From contig JAUCBJ010000788.1 of NCBI GenBank assembly GCA_032718475.1, forward strand, positions 62,001-126,000: 64,000 nt of DNA, read 5' to 3'. Source of the stretch: Nemertoderma westbladi (Eukaryota; Animalia; Xenacoelomorpha). The notes under the pieces are model-generated. The model worked only from the letters and a program-made list of their open reading frames with translations, searched no databases and had not been told where the DNA came from. Numbering within the stretch: the stretch's first letter is position 1; each line of letters begins with the position of its first letter. The translations under genes and the position numbers were made by a program. This document shows positions 1 to 15,000 of the stretch, one piece after another.

Positions 1-3000
1 AAATGAAAGTGTACCAGGTCTCTTATATAAATAAAGTAAATGAAAGTGTACCAGGTCTCCTACAAAAATAAAGTTAATGAAAGTCTACCAGGTCTCCTAC
101 ATAAACAAAGTAAATGAAAGTCTACCAGGTCTCCTACATAAATAAAGTAAATGAAAGTGTACCAGGTCATTTACATAAACAAAGTAAATGAAAGTGTACC
201 AGGTCATTTACATAAACAAAGTAAATGAATTGTACCAGGTCTCTTATATAAATAAAGTAAATGAAAGTCTACCAGGTCTCCTACTAAAATAAAGTTAATG
301 AAAGTCTACAAGGTCTCTTACAAAAATAAATTAAATAAAAGTGTACCCGGTCTCCTACATAGATAAAGTTAATGAAAGTGTACCAGGTCTCCTACATAAA
401 TAAAGTAAATGAAAGTGTACCAGGTCTCCTACATAAACAAAATAAATAAATTGTACCAGGTCATCTACATAAACAAAGTAAATGAAAGTCTACCAGGTCT
501 CCTACAAAAATAAAGTAAATGAAAGTGTATGAGGTCTCCTACATAAATAGAGTAAATGAAAGTGTACCAGGTCTCCTACAAAAACAAAGTAAATGAAAGT
601 CTACCAGGTCTCCTACAAAAATAAAGTAAATGAAAGTGTATGAGGTCTCCTACATAAATAGAGTAAATGAAAGTGTACCAGGTCTCCTACAAAAATAAAT
701 TAAATGAAAGTGTACCAGGACTCCTACAAAAATTAATTAAATGAAAGTGTACCAGGTCTCCTACAAATATAAAGTAAATAAAAGTGTACCAGGTCTCCTA
801 CAAAATTAAAGTAAATATGAAAGTGGACCAGATCTCCTACATAAACAAAATAAATGAAATGTACCAGGTCATCTACATAAACAAAGTAAATGAAAGTCTA
901 CCAGGTCTCCTACATAAATAAAGTAAATGAAAGTCTACCAGGTCTCCTACAAAAATGAAGTAAATGAAAGTGTTCCAGGTCTCCTACAAAAATAAAGTAA
1001 ATGTGAAAGTGTACCAGGTCTCCTACAAATATAAAGTAAATGTTAAAGTGTAAAAGGTCTCCTACAAAAATAATGTAAATGTTAAAGTGTACCAGGTCTC
1101 CTACAAAAATAAATTAAATGAAAGTGTACCAGGTCTCCTACAAAAATTTAGTAAATGTTAAAGTGTACCAGGTCTCCTACATAAACAAAATAAATGAACT
1201 GTACCAGGTTATCTACATAAATAAAGTAAATGAAAGTCTACCAGGTCTCCTACACAAACAAAGTAAATGAAAGTGTACCAGGTCTCCTACAAAAATAAAG
1301 TAAATGAAAGTGTACCAGGTCTCCTACATAAACAAAATAAATGAATTGTACCAGGTCGCCTGCATAAACAAAGTAAATGAATTGTACCAGGTCTCCTACA
1401 AAAACAACTTAAATGAATTGAACCAGGTCATCTACATAAACAAAGTAAATGAAAGTGTACCAGGTCTCCTACAAAAACAAAGTAAATGAAAGTGTACCAG
1501 GTCTCCTACAAAAACAAATTAATTGAATTGTACCAGGTCATCTACATAAACAAAGTAAATGAAAGTGTACCAGGTCTCCTACAAAAATAAACTAAATGTG
1601 AAAGTGGACCAGGTCTCCTACTTAAATAAAATAAATGAATTGTACCAGGTTATCTACTTAAACACAGTAAATGAAAGTGTACCAGGTTATCTACATAAAC
1701 AAAGCAATTGAATGTGTACCAGGTCTCCTACAAAAATAAAGTAAATGAAAGTGTACCAGGTCTCCTACAAAAATAAAGTAAATGAAAGTCTACCAGGTCT
1801 CCTACAAAATAAAGTAAATGTGAAAGTGTATCAGGTCTCCTACAAAAATAAAGTAAATGTTAAATTGTACCAGGTCTCCTAGAAATATATAGTAAATGAA
1901 AGTCTACCAGGTCTCCTACAAAAATAAAGTAAATGTGAAAGTGTACCAGGTCTCCTACAAAAACAAAGTAAATGTTAAAGTGTACCAGGTCTCCTACAAA
2001 AATAAAGTAATTGAAAGTCTACCAGGTCTCCTACAAAAATAAAGTAAATGTGAAAGTGTACCAGGTCTCCTACAAAAATAAAGTAAATGAAAGTCTACCA
2101 GGTCTCCTACAAAAATAAAGTAAATGTGGAAGTGTACCAGGTCTCCTACAAATATAAAGTAAATGTGAAAGTGTACCAGGTCTCCTACAAAAATAAAGTA
2201 AATGAAAGTCTACCAGGTCTCCTACAAAAATAAAGTAAATGTGAAAGTGTACCAGGTCTCCTACAAAAATAAAGTAAATGTTAAAGTCTACCAGGTCTCC
2301 TACAAAAATAAAGTAAATGAAAGTCTACCAGGTCTCCTACAAAAATAAAGTAAATGTGAAAGTGTACCAGGTCTCCTACAAAAATAAATTAAATGAAAGT
2401 GTACCAGGTCTCCTACAAAAATAAAGTAAATGTGAAAGTGTACCAGGTCTCCTACAAAAATAAATTAAATGAAAGTGTACCAGGTCTCCTACAAAAATAA
2501 AGTAAATGTGAAAGTATACCAGGTCTCCTACAAAAATAAAGTAAATGTGAAAGTGTACCAGGTCTCCTACAAAAATAAAGTAAATGAAAGTCTACCAGGT
2601 CTCCTACAAAAATAAATTAATTGAAAGTGTACCAGGTCTCCTACAAAAATAAAGTAAATGTGAAAGTGTACCAGGTCTCCCACAAAAATAAAGTAAATGT
2701 GAAAGTGTATCAGGTCTCCTACAAAAATAAAGTAAATGTTAAATTGTACCAGGTCTCCTACAAAAATAAAGTAAATGTGAAAGTGTACCAGGTCTCCTAC
2801 AAAAATAAAGTAAATGAAAGTCTACCAGGTCACCTACAAAAATAAATTAATTGAAAGTGTACCAGGTCTCCTACAAAAATAAAGTAAATGAACGTCTACC
2901 AGGTCTCCTACAAAAATAAAGTAAATGTGAAAGTCTACCAGGTCATCTACATAAACAAAGTAAATGAAAGTCTACCAGGTCTCCTACAAAAATAAAGTAA

Positions 3001-6000
3001 ATGTTAAATTGTACCAGGTCTCCTACAAAAATAAAGTAAATGTTAAATTGTACCAGGTCTCCTACAAAAATAAAGTAAATGTGAAAGTGTACCAGGTCTC
3101 CTACAAAAATAAAGTAAATGAAAGTCTACCAGGTCACCTACAAAAATAAATTAATTGAAAGTGTACCAGGTCTCCTACAAAAATAAAGTAAATGAACGTC
3201 TACCAGGTCTCCTACAAAAATAAAGTAAATGTGAAAGTCTACCAGGTCATCTACATAAACAAAGTAAATGAAAGTCTACCAGGTCTCCTACAAAAATAAA
3301 GTAAATGTTAAATTGTACCAGGTCTCCTACAAAAATAAAGTAAATGTGAAAGTGTACCAGGTCTCCTACAAAAATAAAGTAAATGAAAGTCTACCAGGTC
3401 ACCTACAAAAATAAATTAATTGAAAGTGTACCAGGTCTCCTACAAAAATAAAGTAAATGAACGTCTACCAGGTCTCCTACAAAAATAAAGTAAATGTGAA
3501 AGTGTACCAGGTCTCCTACAAATATAAAGTAAATGTTAAAGTGTAAAAGGTCTCCTACAGAAATAATGTAAATGTTAAATTGTACCAGGTCTCCTACAAA
3601 AATAAATTAAATGAAAGTGTACCAGGTCTCCTTCAAAAATTTAGTAAATGTTAAAGTGTACCAGGTCTCCTACATAAACAAAATAAATGAACTGTACCAG
3701 GTTATCTACATAAATAAAGTAAATGAAAGTCTACCAGGTCTCCTACACAAACAAAGTAAATGAAAGTGTACCAGGTCTCCTACAAAAATAAAGTAAATGA
3801 AAGTGTACCAGGTCTCCTACATAAACAAAATAAATGAATTGTACCAGGTCGCCTGCATAAACAAAGTAAATGAATTGTACCAGGTCTCCTACAAAAACAA
3901 CTTAAATGAATTGAACCAGGTCATCTACATAAACAAAGTAAATGAAAGTGTACCAGGTCTCCTACAAAAACAAAGTAAATGAAAGTGTACCAGGTCTCCT
4001 ACAAAAACAAATTAATTGAATTGTACCAGGTCATCTACATAAACAAAGTAAATGAAAGTGTACCAGGTCTCCTACAAAAATAAACTAAATGTGAAAGTGG
4101 ACCAGGTCTCCTACTTAAATAAAATAAATGAATTGTACCAGGTTATCTACTTAAACACAGTAAATGAAAGTGTACCAGGTTATCTACATAAACAAAGCAA
4201 TTGAATGTGTACCAGGTCTCCTACAAAAATAAAGTAAATGAAAGTGTACCAGGTCTCCTACAAAAATAAAGTAAATGAAAGTCTACCAGGTCTCCTACAA
4301 AATAAAGTAAATGTGAAAGTGTATCAGGTCTCCTACAAAAATAAAGTAAATGTTAAATTGTACCAGGTCTCCTAGAAATATATAGTAAATGAAAGTCTAC
4401 CAGGTCTCCTACAAAAATAAAGTAAATGTGAAAGTGTACCAGGTCTCCTACAAAAACAAAGTAAATGTTAAAGTGTACCAGGTCTCCTACAAAAATAAAG
4501 TAATTGAAAGTCTACCAGGTCTCCTACAAAAATAAAGTAAATGTGAAAGTGTACCAGGTCTCCTACAAAAATAAAGTAAATGAAAGTCTACCAGGTCTCC
4601 TACAAAAATAAAGTAAATGTGGAAGTGTACCAGGTCTCCTACAAATATAAAGTAAATGTGAAAGTGTACCAGGTCTCCTACAAAAATAAAGTAAATGAAA
4701 GTCTACCAGGTCTCCTACAAAAATAAAGTAAATGTGAAAGTGTACCAGGTCTCCTACAAAAATAAAGTAAATGTTAAAGTCTACCAGGTCTCCTACAAAA
4801 ATAAAGTAAATGAAAGTCTACCAGGTCTCCTACAAAAATAAAGTAAATGTGAAAGTGTACCAGGTCTCCTACAAAAATAAATTAAATGAAAGTGTACCAG
4901 GTCTCCTACAAAAATAAAGTAAATGTGAAAGTGTACCAGGTCTCCTACAAAAATAAATTAAATGAAAGTGTACCAGGTCTCCTACAAAAATAAAGTAAAT
5001 GTGAAAGTATACCAGGTCTCCTACAAAAATAAAGTAAATGTGAAAGTGTACCAGGTCTCCTACAAAAATAAAGTAAATGAAAGTCTACCAGGTCTCCTAC
5101 AAAAATAAATTAATTGAAAGTGTACCAGGTCTCCTACAAAAATAAAGTAAATGTGAAAGTGTACCAGGTCTCCCACAAAAATAAAGTAAATGTGAAAGTG
5201 TATCAGGTCTCCTACAAAAATAAAGTAAATGTTAAATTGTACCAGGTCTCCTAGGTCTACCAGGTCTCCTACAAAAATAAAGTAAATGTGGAAGTGTACC
5301 AGGTCTCCTACAAATATAAAGTAAATGTGAAAGTGTACCAGGTCTCCTACAAAAATAAAGTAAATGAAAGTCTACCAGGTCTCCTACAAAAATAAAGTAA
5401 ATGTGAAAGTGTACCAGGTCTCCCACAAAAATAAAGTAAATGTGAAAGTGTATCAGGTCTCCTACAAAAATAAAGTAAATGTTAAATTGTACCAGGTCTC
5501 CTACAAAAATAAAGTAAATGTGAAAGTGTACCAGGTCTCCTACAAAAATAAAGTAAATGAAAGTCTACCAGGTCACCTACAAAAATAAATTAATTGAAAG
5601 TGTACCAGGTCTCCTACAAAAATAAAGTAAATGAACGTCTACCAGGTCTCCTACAAAAATAAAGTAAATGTGAAAGTCTACCAGGTCATCTACATAAACA
5701 AAGTAAATGAAAGTCTACCAGGTCTCCTACAAGAATAAAGTAAATGTGGAAGTGTACCAGGTCTCCTACAAAAATAAAGTAAATGAACGTCTACCAGGTC
5801 TCCTACAAAAATAAAGTAAATGAAAGTGTACCAGGTCTCCTACATAAACAAAATAAATAAATTGTACCAGGTCATCTACATAAACAAAGTAAATGAAAGT
5901 CTACCAGGTCTCCTACAAAAATAAAGTAAATGAAAGTGTATGAGGTCTCCTACATAAATAGAGTAAATGAAAGTGTACCAGGTCTCCTACAAAAACAAAA

Positions 6001-9000
6001 TAAATAAAAGTCTACCAGGTCTCCTACTAAAATAAAGTTAATGAAAGTCTACAAGGTCTCTTACAAAAATAAATTAAATAAAAGTGTACCCGGTCTCCTA
6101 CATAGATAAAGTTAATGAAAGTGTACCAGGTCTCCTACATAAATAAAGTAAATGAAAGTGTACCAGGTCTCCTACATAAACAAAATAAATAAATTGTACC
6201 AGGTCATCTACATAAACAAAGTAAATGAAAGTCTACCAGGTCTCCTACAAAAATAAAGTGAATGAAAGTGTATGAGGTCTCCTACATAAATAGAGTAAAT
6301 GAAAGTGTACCAGGTCTCCTACAAAAACAAAGTAAATGAAAGTCTACCAGGTCTCCTACAAAAATAAAGTAAATGAAAGTGTATGAGGTCTCCTACATAA
6401 ATAGAGTAAATGAAAGTGTACCAGGTCTCCTACAAAAATAAATTAAATGAAAGTGTACCAGGACTCCTACAAAAATTAATTAAATGAAAGTGTACCAGGT
6501 CTCCTACAAATATAAAGTAAATAAAAGTGTACCAGGTCTCCTACAAAATTAAAGTAAATATGAAAGTGGACCAGATCTCCTACATAAACAAAATAAATGA
6601 AATGTACCAGGTCATCTACATAAACAAAGTAAATGAAAGTCTACCAGGTCTCCTACATAAATAAAGTAAATGAAAGTCTACCAGGTCTCCTACAAAAATG
6701 AAGTAAATGAAAGTGTTCCAGGTCTCCTACAAAAATAAAGTAAATGTGAAAGTGTACCAGGTCTCCTACAAATATAAAGTAAATGTTAAAGTGTAAAAGG
6801 TATCCTACAAAAATAATGTAAATGTTAAAGTGTACCAGGTCTCCTACAAAAATAAATTAAATGAAAGTGTACCAGGTCTCCTACAAAAATTTAGTAAATG
6901 TTAAAGTGTACCAGGTCTCCTACATAAACAAAATAAATGAACTGTACCAGGTTATCTACATAAATAAAGTAAATGAAAGTCTACCAGGTCTCCTACACAA
7001 ACAAAGTAAATGAAAGTGTACCAGGTCTCCTACAAAAATAAAGTAAATGAAAGTGTACCAGGTCTCCTACATAAACAAAATAAATGAATTGTACCAGGTC
7101 GCCTGCATAAACAAAGTAAATGAATTGTACCAGGTCTCCTACAAAAACAACTTAAATGAATTGAACCAGGTCATCTACATAAACAAAGTAAATGAAAGTG
7201 TACCAGGTCTCCTACAAAAACAAAGTAAATGAAAGTGTACCAGGTCTCCTACAAAAACAAATTAATTGAATTGTACCAGGTCATCTACATAAACAAAGTA
7301 AATGAAAGTGTACCAGGTCTCCTACAAAAATAAACTAAATGTGAAAGTGGACCAGGTCTCCTACTTAAATAAAATAAATGAATTGTACCAGGTTATCTAC
7401 TTAAACACAGTAAATGAAAGTGTACCAGGTTATCTACATAAACAAAGCAATTGAATGTGTACCAGGTCTCCTACAAAAATAAAGTAAATGAAAGTGTACC
7501 AGGTCTCCTACAAAAATAAAGTAAATGAAAGTCTACCAGGTCTCCTACAAAATAAAGTAAATGTGAAAGTGTATCAGGTCTCCTACAAAAATAAAGTAAA
7601 TGTTAAATTGTACCAGGTCTCCTAGAAATATATAGTAAATGAAAGTCTACCAGGTCTCCTACAAAAATAAAGTAAATGTGAAAGTGTACCAGGTCTCCTA
7701 CAAAAACAAAGTAAATGTTAAAGTGTACCAGGTCTCCTACAAAAATAAAGTAATTGAAAGTCTACCAGGTCTCCTACAAAAATAAAGTAAATGTGAAAGT
7801 GTACCAGGTCTCCTACAAAAATAAATTAAATGAAAGTGTACCAGGTCTCCTACAAAAATAAAGTAAATGTGAAAGTGTACCAGGTCTCCTACAAAAATAA
7901 ATTAAATGAAAGTGTACCAGGTCTCCTACAAAAATAAAGTAAATGTGAAAGTATACCAGGTCTCCTACAAAAATAAAGTAAATGTGAAAGTGTACCAGGT
8001 CTCCTACAAAAATAAAGTAAATGAAAGTCTACCAGGTCTCCTACAAAAATAAATTAATTGAAAGTGTACCAGGTCTCCTACAAAAATAAAGTAAATGTGA
8101 AAGTGTACCAGGTCTCCCACAAAAATAAAGTAAATGTGAAAGTGTATCAGGTCTCCTACAAAAATAAAGTAAATGTTAAATTGTACCAGGTCTCCTACAA
8201 AAATAAAGTAAATGTGAAAGTGTACCAGGTCTCCTACAAAAATAAAGTAAATGAAAGTCTACCAGGTCACCTACAAAAATAAATTAATTGAAAGTGTACC
8301 AGGTCTCCTACAAAAATAAAGTAAATGAACGTCTACCAGGTCTCCTACAAAAATAAAGTAAATGTGAAAGTCTACCAGGTCATCTACATAAACAAAGTAA
8401 ATGAAAGTCTACCAGGTCTCCTACAAAAATAAAGTAAATGTGGAAGTGTACCAGGTCTCCTACAAAAATAAAGTAAATGAACGTCTACCAGGTCTCCTAC
8501 AAAAATAAAGTAAATGTTAAAGTGTACCAGGTCTCCTACAAAAATAAAGTAAATGAAAGTCTACCAGGTCTCCTACAAAAATAAAGTAAATGTGGAAGTG
8601 TACCAGGTCTCCTACAAATATAAAGTAATTGTGAAAGTGTACCAGGTCTCCTACAAAAAAAAAGTAAATGAAAGTCTACCAGGTCTCCTACAAAAATAAA
8701 GTAAATGTGAAAGTGTACCAGGTCTCCTACAAAAATAAAGTAAATGGTAAAGTGTACCAGGTCTCCTACAAAAATAAAGTAAATGAAAGTCTACCAGGTT
8801 TCCTACAAAAATAAAGTAAATGTGAAAGTGTACCAGGTCTCCTACAAAAATAAAGTAAATGTTAAAGTGTACCAGGTCTCCTACAAAAATAAAGTAAATG
8901 TGAAAGTGTACCAGGTCTCCTAGAAAAATAAAGTAAATGAAAGTCTACCAGATCTCCTACAAAAATAAAGTAAATGTGAAAGTGTACCAGGTCTCCCACA

Positions 9001-12000
9001 AAAATAAAGTAAATGTGAAAGTGTATCAGGTCTCCTACAAAAATAAAGTAAATGTTAAATTGTACCAGGTCTCCTACAAAAATAAAGTAAATGTGAAAGT
9101 GTACCAGGTCTCCTACAAAAATAAAGTAAATGAAAGTCTACCAGGTCACCTACAAAAATAAATTAATTGAAAGTGTACCAGGTCTCCTACAAAAATAAAG
9201 TAAATGAACGTCTACCAGGTCTCCTACAAAAATAAAGTAAATGTGAAAGTCTACCAGGTCATCTACATAAACAAAGTAAATGAAAGTCTACCAGGTCTCC
9301 TACAAAAATAAAGTAAATGTGGAAGTGTACCAGGTCTCCTACAAAAATAAAGTAAATGAACGTCTACCAGGTCTCCTACAAAAATAAAGTAAATGTTAAA
9401 GTGTACCAGGTCTCCTACAAAAATAAAGTAAATGAAAGTCTACCAGGTCTCCTACAAAAATAAAGTAAATGTGGAAGTGTACCAGGTCTCCTACAAATAT
9501 AAAGTAATTGTGAAAGTGTACCAGGTCTCCTACAAAAAAAAAGTAAATGAAAGTCTACCAGGTCTCCTACAAAAATAAAGTAAATGTGAAAGTGTACCAG
9601 GTCTCCTACAAAAATAAAGTAAATGGTAAAGTGTACCAGGTCTCCTACAAAAATAAAGTAAATGAAAGTCTACCAGGTTTCCTACAAAAATAAAGTAAAT
9701 GTGAAAGTGTACCAGGTCTCCTACAAAAATAAAGTAAATGTTAAAGTGTACCAGGTCTCCTACAAAAATAAAGTAAATGCGAAAGTGTACCAGGTCTCCT
9801 AGAAAAATAAAGTAAATGAAAGTCTACCAGATCTCCTACAAAAATAAAGTAAATGAAAGTCTACCAGGTCTCCTACAAAAATAAAGTAAATGAAAGTCTA
9901 CCAGGTCTCCTACAAAAATAAAGTAAATGTGGAAGTGTACCAGGTCTCCTACAAATATAAAGTAAATGTGATAGTGTACCAGGTCTCCTACAAAAATAAA
10001 GTAAATGAAAGTCTACCAGGTCTCCTACAAAAATAAAGTAAATGTGAAAGTATACCAGGTCTCCTACAAAAATAAAGTAAATGGTAAAGTGTACCAGGTC
10101 TCCTTCCAAAATAAAGTAAATGAAAGTCTACCAGGTCTCCTACAAAAATAAAGTAAATGTGAAAGTGTACCAGGTCTCCTACAAAAATAAAGTAAATGAA
10201 AGTGTACCAGGTCTCCTACAAAAATAAAGTAAATGAAAGTCTACCAGGTCTCCTACAAAATAAAGTAAATGAGAAAGTGTATCAGGTCTCCTACAAAAAT
10301 AAAGTAAATGTTAAATTGTACCAGGTCTCCTAGAAATATATAGTATATGAAAGTCTACCAGGTCTCCTACAAAAATAAAGTAAATGTGAAAGTGTACCAG
10401 GTCTCCTACAAAAATAAAGTAAATGTTAAAGTGTACCAGGTCTCCTACAAAAATAAAGTAAATGAAAGTGTACCAGGTCTCCTACATAAACAAAATAAAT
10501 GAATTGTACCAGGTCGCCTGCATAAACAAAGTAAATGAATTGTACCAGGTCTCCTACAAAAACAACTTAAATGAATTGAACCAGGTCATCTACATAAACA
10601 AAGTAAATGAAAGTGTACCAGGTCTCCTACAAAAACAAAGTAAATGAAAGTGTACCAGGTCTCCTACAAAAACAAATTAATTGAATTGTACCAGGTCATC
10701 TACATAAACAAAGTAAATGAAAGTGTACCAGGTCTCCTACAAAAATAAACTAAATGTGAAAGTGGACCAGGTCTCCTACTTAAATAAAATAAATGAATTG
10801 TACCAGGTTATCTACTTAAACACAGTAAATGAAAGTGTACCAGGTTATCTACATAAACAAAGCAATTGAATGTGTACCAGGTCTCCTACAAAAATAAAGT
10901 AAATGAAAGTGTACCAGGTCTCCTACAAAAATAAAGTAAATGAAAGTCTACCAGGTCTCCTACAAAATAAAGTAAATGTGAAAGTGTATCAGGTCTCCTA
11001 CAAAAATAAAGTAAATGTTAAATTGTACCAGGTCTCCTAGAAATATATAGTAAATGAAAGTCTACCAGGTCTCCTACAAAAATAAAGTAAATGTGAAAGT
11101 GTACCAGGTCTCCTACAAAAACAAAGTAAATGTTAAAGTGTACCAGGTCTCCTACAAAAATAAAGTAATTGAAAGTCTACCAGGTCTCCTACAAAAATAA
11201 AGTAAATGTGAAAGTGTACCAGGTCTCCTACAAAAATAAAGTAAATGAAAGTCTACCAGGTCTCCTACAAAAATAAAGTAAATGTGGAAGTGTACCAGGT
11301 CTCCTACAAATATAAAGTAAATGTGAAAGTGTACCAGGTCTCCTACAAAAATAAAGTAAATGAAAGTCTACCAGGTCTCCTACAAAAATAAAGTAAATGT
11401 GAAAGTGTACCAGGTCTCCTACAAAAATAAAGTAAATGTTAAAGTCTACCAGGTCTCCTACAAAAATAAAGTAAATGAAAGTCTACCAGGTCTCCTACAA
11501 AAATAAAGTAAATGTGAAAGTGTACCAGGTCTCCTACAAAAATAAATTAAATGAAAGTGTACCAGGTCTCCTACAAAAATAAAGTAAATGTGAAAGTGTA
11601 CCAGGTCTCCTACAAAAATAAATTAAATGAAAGTGTACCAGGTCTCCTACAAAAATAAAGTAAATGTGAAAGTATACCAGGTCTCCTACAAAAATAAAGT
11701 AAATGTGAAAGTGTACCAGGTCTCCTACAAAAATAAAGTAAATGAAAGTCTACCAGGTCTCCTACAAAAATAAATTAATTGAAAGTGTACCAGGTCTCCT
11801 ACAAAAATAAAGTAAATGTGAAAGTGTACCAGGTCTCCCACAAAAATAAAGTAAATGTGAAAGTGTATCAGGTCTCCTACAAAAATAAAGTAAATGTTAA
11901 ATTGTACCAGGTCTCCTACAAAAATAAAGTAAATGTGAAAGTGTACCAGGTCTCCTACAAAAATAAAGTAAATGAAAGTCTACCAGGTCACCTACAAAAA

Positions 12001-15000
12001 TAAATTAATTGAAAGTGTACCAGGTCTCCTACAAAAATAAAGTAAATGAACGTCTACCAGGTCTCCTACAAAAATAAAGTAAATGTGAAAGTCTACCAGG
12101 TCATCTACATAAACAAAGTAAATGAAAGTCTACCAGGTCTCCTACAAAAATAAAGTAAATGTTAAATTGTACCAGGTCTCCTACAAAAATAAAGTAAATG
12201 TTAAATTGTACCAGGTCTCCTACAAAAATAAAGTAAATGTGAAAGTGTACCAGGTCTCCTACAAAAATAAAGTAAATGAAAGTCTACCAGGTCACCTACA
12301 AAAATAAATTAATTGAAAGTGTACCAGGTCTCCTACAAAAATAAAGTAAATGAACGTCTACCAGGTCTCCTACAAAAATAAAGTAAATGTGAAAGTCTAC
12401 CAGGTCATCTACATAAACAAAGTAAATGAAAGTCTACCAGGTCTCCTACAAAAATAAAGTAAATGTTAAATTGTACCAGGTCTCCTACAAAAATAAAGTA
12501 AATGTGAAAGTGTACCAGGTCTCCTACAAAAATAAAGTAAATGAAAGTCTACCAGGTCACCTACAAAAATAAATTAATTGAAAGTGTACCAGGTCTCCTA
12601 CAAAAATAAAGTAAATGAACGTCTACCAGGTCTCCTACAAAAATAAAGTAAATGTGAAAGTGTACCAGGTCTCCTACAAATATAAAGTAAATGTTAAAGT
12701 GTAAAAGGTCTCCTACAGAAATAATGTAAATGTTAAAGTGTACCAGGTCTCCTACAAAAATAAATTAAATGAAAGTGTACCAGGTCTCCTTCAAAAATTT
12801 AGTAAATGTTAAAGTGTACCAGGTCTCCTACATAAACAAAATAAATGAACTGTACCAGGTTATCTACATAAATAAAGTAAATGAAAGTCTACCAGGTCTC
12901 CTACACAAACAAAGTAAATGAAAGTGTACCAGGTCTCCTACAAAAATAAAGTAAATGAAAGTGTACCAGGTCTCCTACATAAACAAAATAAATGAATTGT
13001 ACCAGGTCGCCTGCATAAACAAAGTAAATGAATTGTACCAGGTCTCCTACAAAAACAACTTAAATGAATTGAACCAGGTCATCTACATAAACAAAGTAAA
13101 TGAAAGTGTACCAGGTCTCCTACAAAAACAAAGTAAATGAAAGTGTACCAGGTCTCCTACAAAAACAAATTAATTGAATTGTACCAGGTCATCTACATAA
13201 ACAAAGTAAATGAAAGTGTACCAGGTCTCCTACAAAAATAAACTAAATGTGAAAGTGGACCAGGTCTCCTACTTAAATAAAATAAATGAATTGTACCAGG
13301 TTATCTACTTAAACACAGTAAATGAAAGTGTACCAGGTTATCTACATAAACAAAGCAATTGAATGTGTACCAGGTCTCCTACAAAAATAAAGTAAATGAA
13401 AGTGTACCAGGTCTCCTACAAAAATAAAGTAAATGAAAGTCTACCAGGTCTCCTACAAAATAAAGTAAATGTGAAAGTGTATCAGGTCTCCTACAAAAAT
13501 AAAGTAAATGTTAAATTGTACCAGGTCTCCTAGAAATATATAGTAAATGAAAGTCTACCAGGTCTCCTACAAAAATAAAGTAAATGTGAAAGTGTACCAG
13601 GTCTCCTACAAAAACAAAGTAAATGTTAAAGTGTACCAGGTCTCCTACAAAAATAAAGTAATTGAAAGTCTACCAGGTCTCCTACAAAAATAAAGTAAAT
13701 GTGAAAGTGTACCAGGTCTCCTACAAAAATAAAGTAAATGAAAGTCTACCAGGTCTCCTACAAAAATAAAGTAAATGTGGAAGTGTACCAGGTCTCCTAC
13801 AAATATAAAGTAAATGTGAAAGTGTACCAGGTCTCCTACAAAAATAAAGTAAATGAAAGTCTACCAGGTCTCCTACAAAAATAAAGTAAATGTGAAAGTG
13901 TACCAGGTCTCCTACAAAAATAAAGTAAATGTTAAAGTCTACCAGGTCTCCTACAAAAATAAAGTAAATGAAAGTCTACCAGGTCTCCTACAAAAATAAA
14001 GTAAATGTGAAAGTGTACCAGGTCTCCTACAAAAATAAATTAAATGAAAGTGTACCAGGTCTCCTACAAAAATAAAGTAAATGTGAAAGTGTACCAGGTC
14101 TCCTACAAAAATAAATTAAATGAAAGTGTACCAGGTCTCCTACAAAAATAAAGTAAATGTGAAAGTATACCAGGTCTCCTACAAAAATAAAGTAAATGTG
14201 AAAGTGTACCAGGTCTCCTACAAAAATAAAGTAAATGAAAGTCTACCAGGTCTCCTACAAAAATAAATTAATTGAAAGTGTACCAGGTCTCCTACAAAAA
14301 TAAAGTAAATGTGAAAGTGTACCAGGTCTCCCACAAAAATAAAGTAAATGTGAAAGTGTATCAGGTCTCCTACAAAAATAAAGTAAATGTTAAATTGTAC
14401 CAGGTCTCCTAGGTCTACCAGGTCTCCTACAAAAATAAAGTAAATGTGGAAGTGTACCAGGTCTCCTACAAATATAAAGTAAATGTGAAAGTGTACCAGG
14501 TCTCCTACAAAAATAAAGTAAATGAAAGTCTACCAGGTCTCCTACAAAAATAAAGTAAATGTGAAAGTGTACCAGGTCTCCCACAAAAATAAAGTAAATG
14601 TGAAAGTGTATCAGGTCTCCTACAAAAATAAAGTAAATGTTAAATTGTACCAGGTCTCCTACAAAAATAAAGTAAATGTGAAAGTGTACCAGGTCTCCTA
14701 CAAAAATAAAGTAAATGAAAGTCTACCAGGTCACCTACAAAAATAAATTAATTGAAAGTGTACCAGGTCTCCTACAAAAATAAAGTAAATGAACGTCTAC
14801 CAGGTCTCCTACAAAAATAAAGTAAATGTGAAAGTCTACCAGGTCATCTACATAAACAAAGTAAATGAAAGTCTACCAGGTCTCCTACAAGAATAAAGTA
14901 AATGTGGAAGTGTACCAGGTCTCCTACAAAAATAAAGTAAATGAACGTCTACCAGGTCTCCTACAAAAATAAAGTAAATGAAAGTGTACCAGGTCTCCTA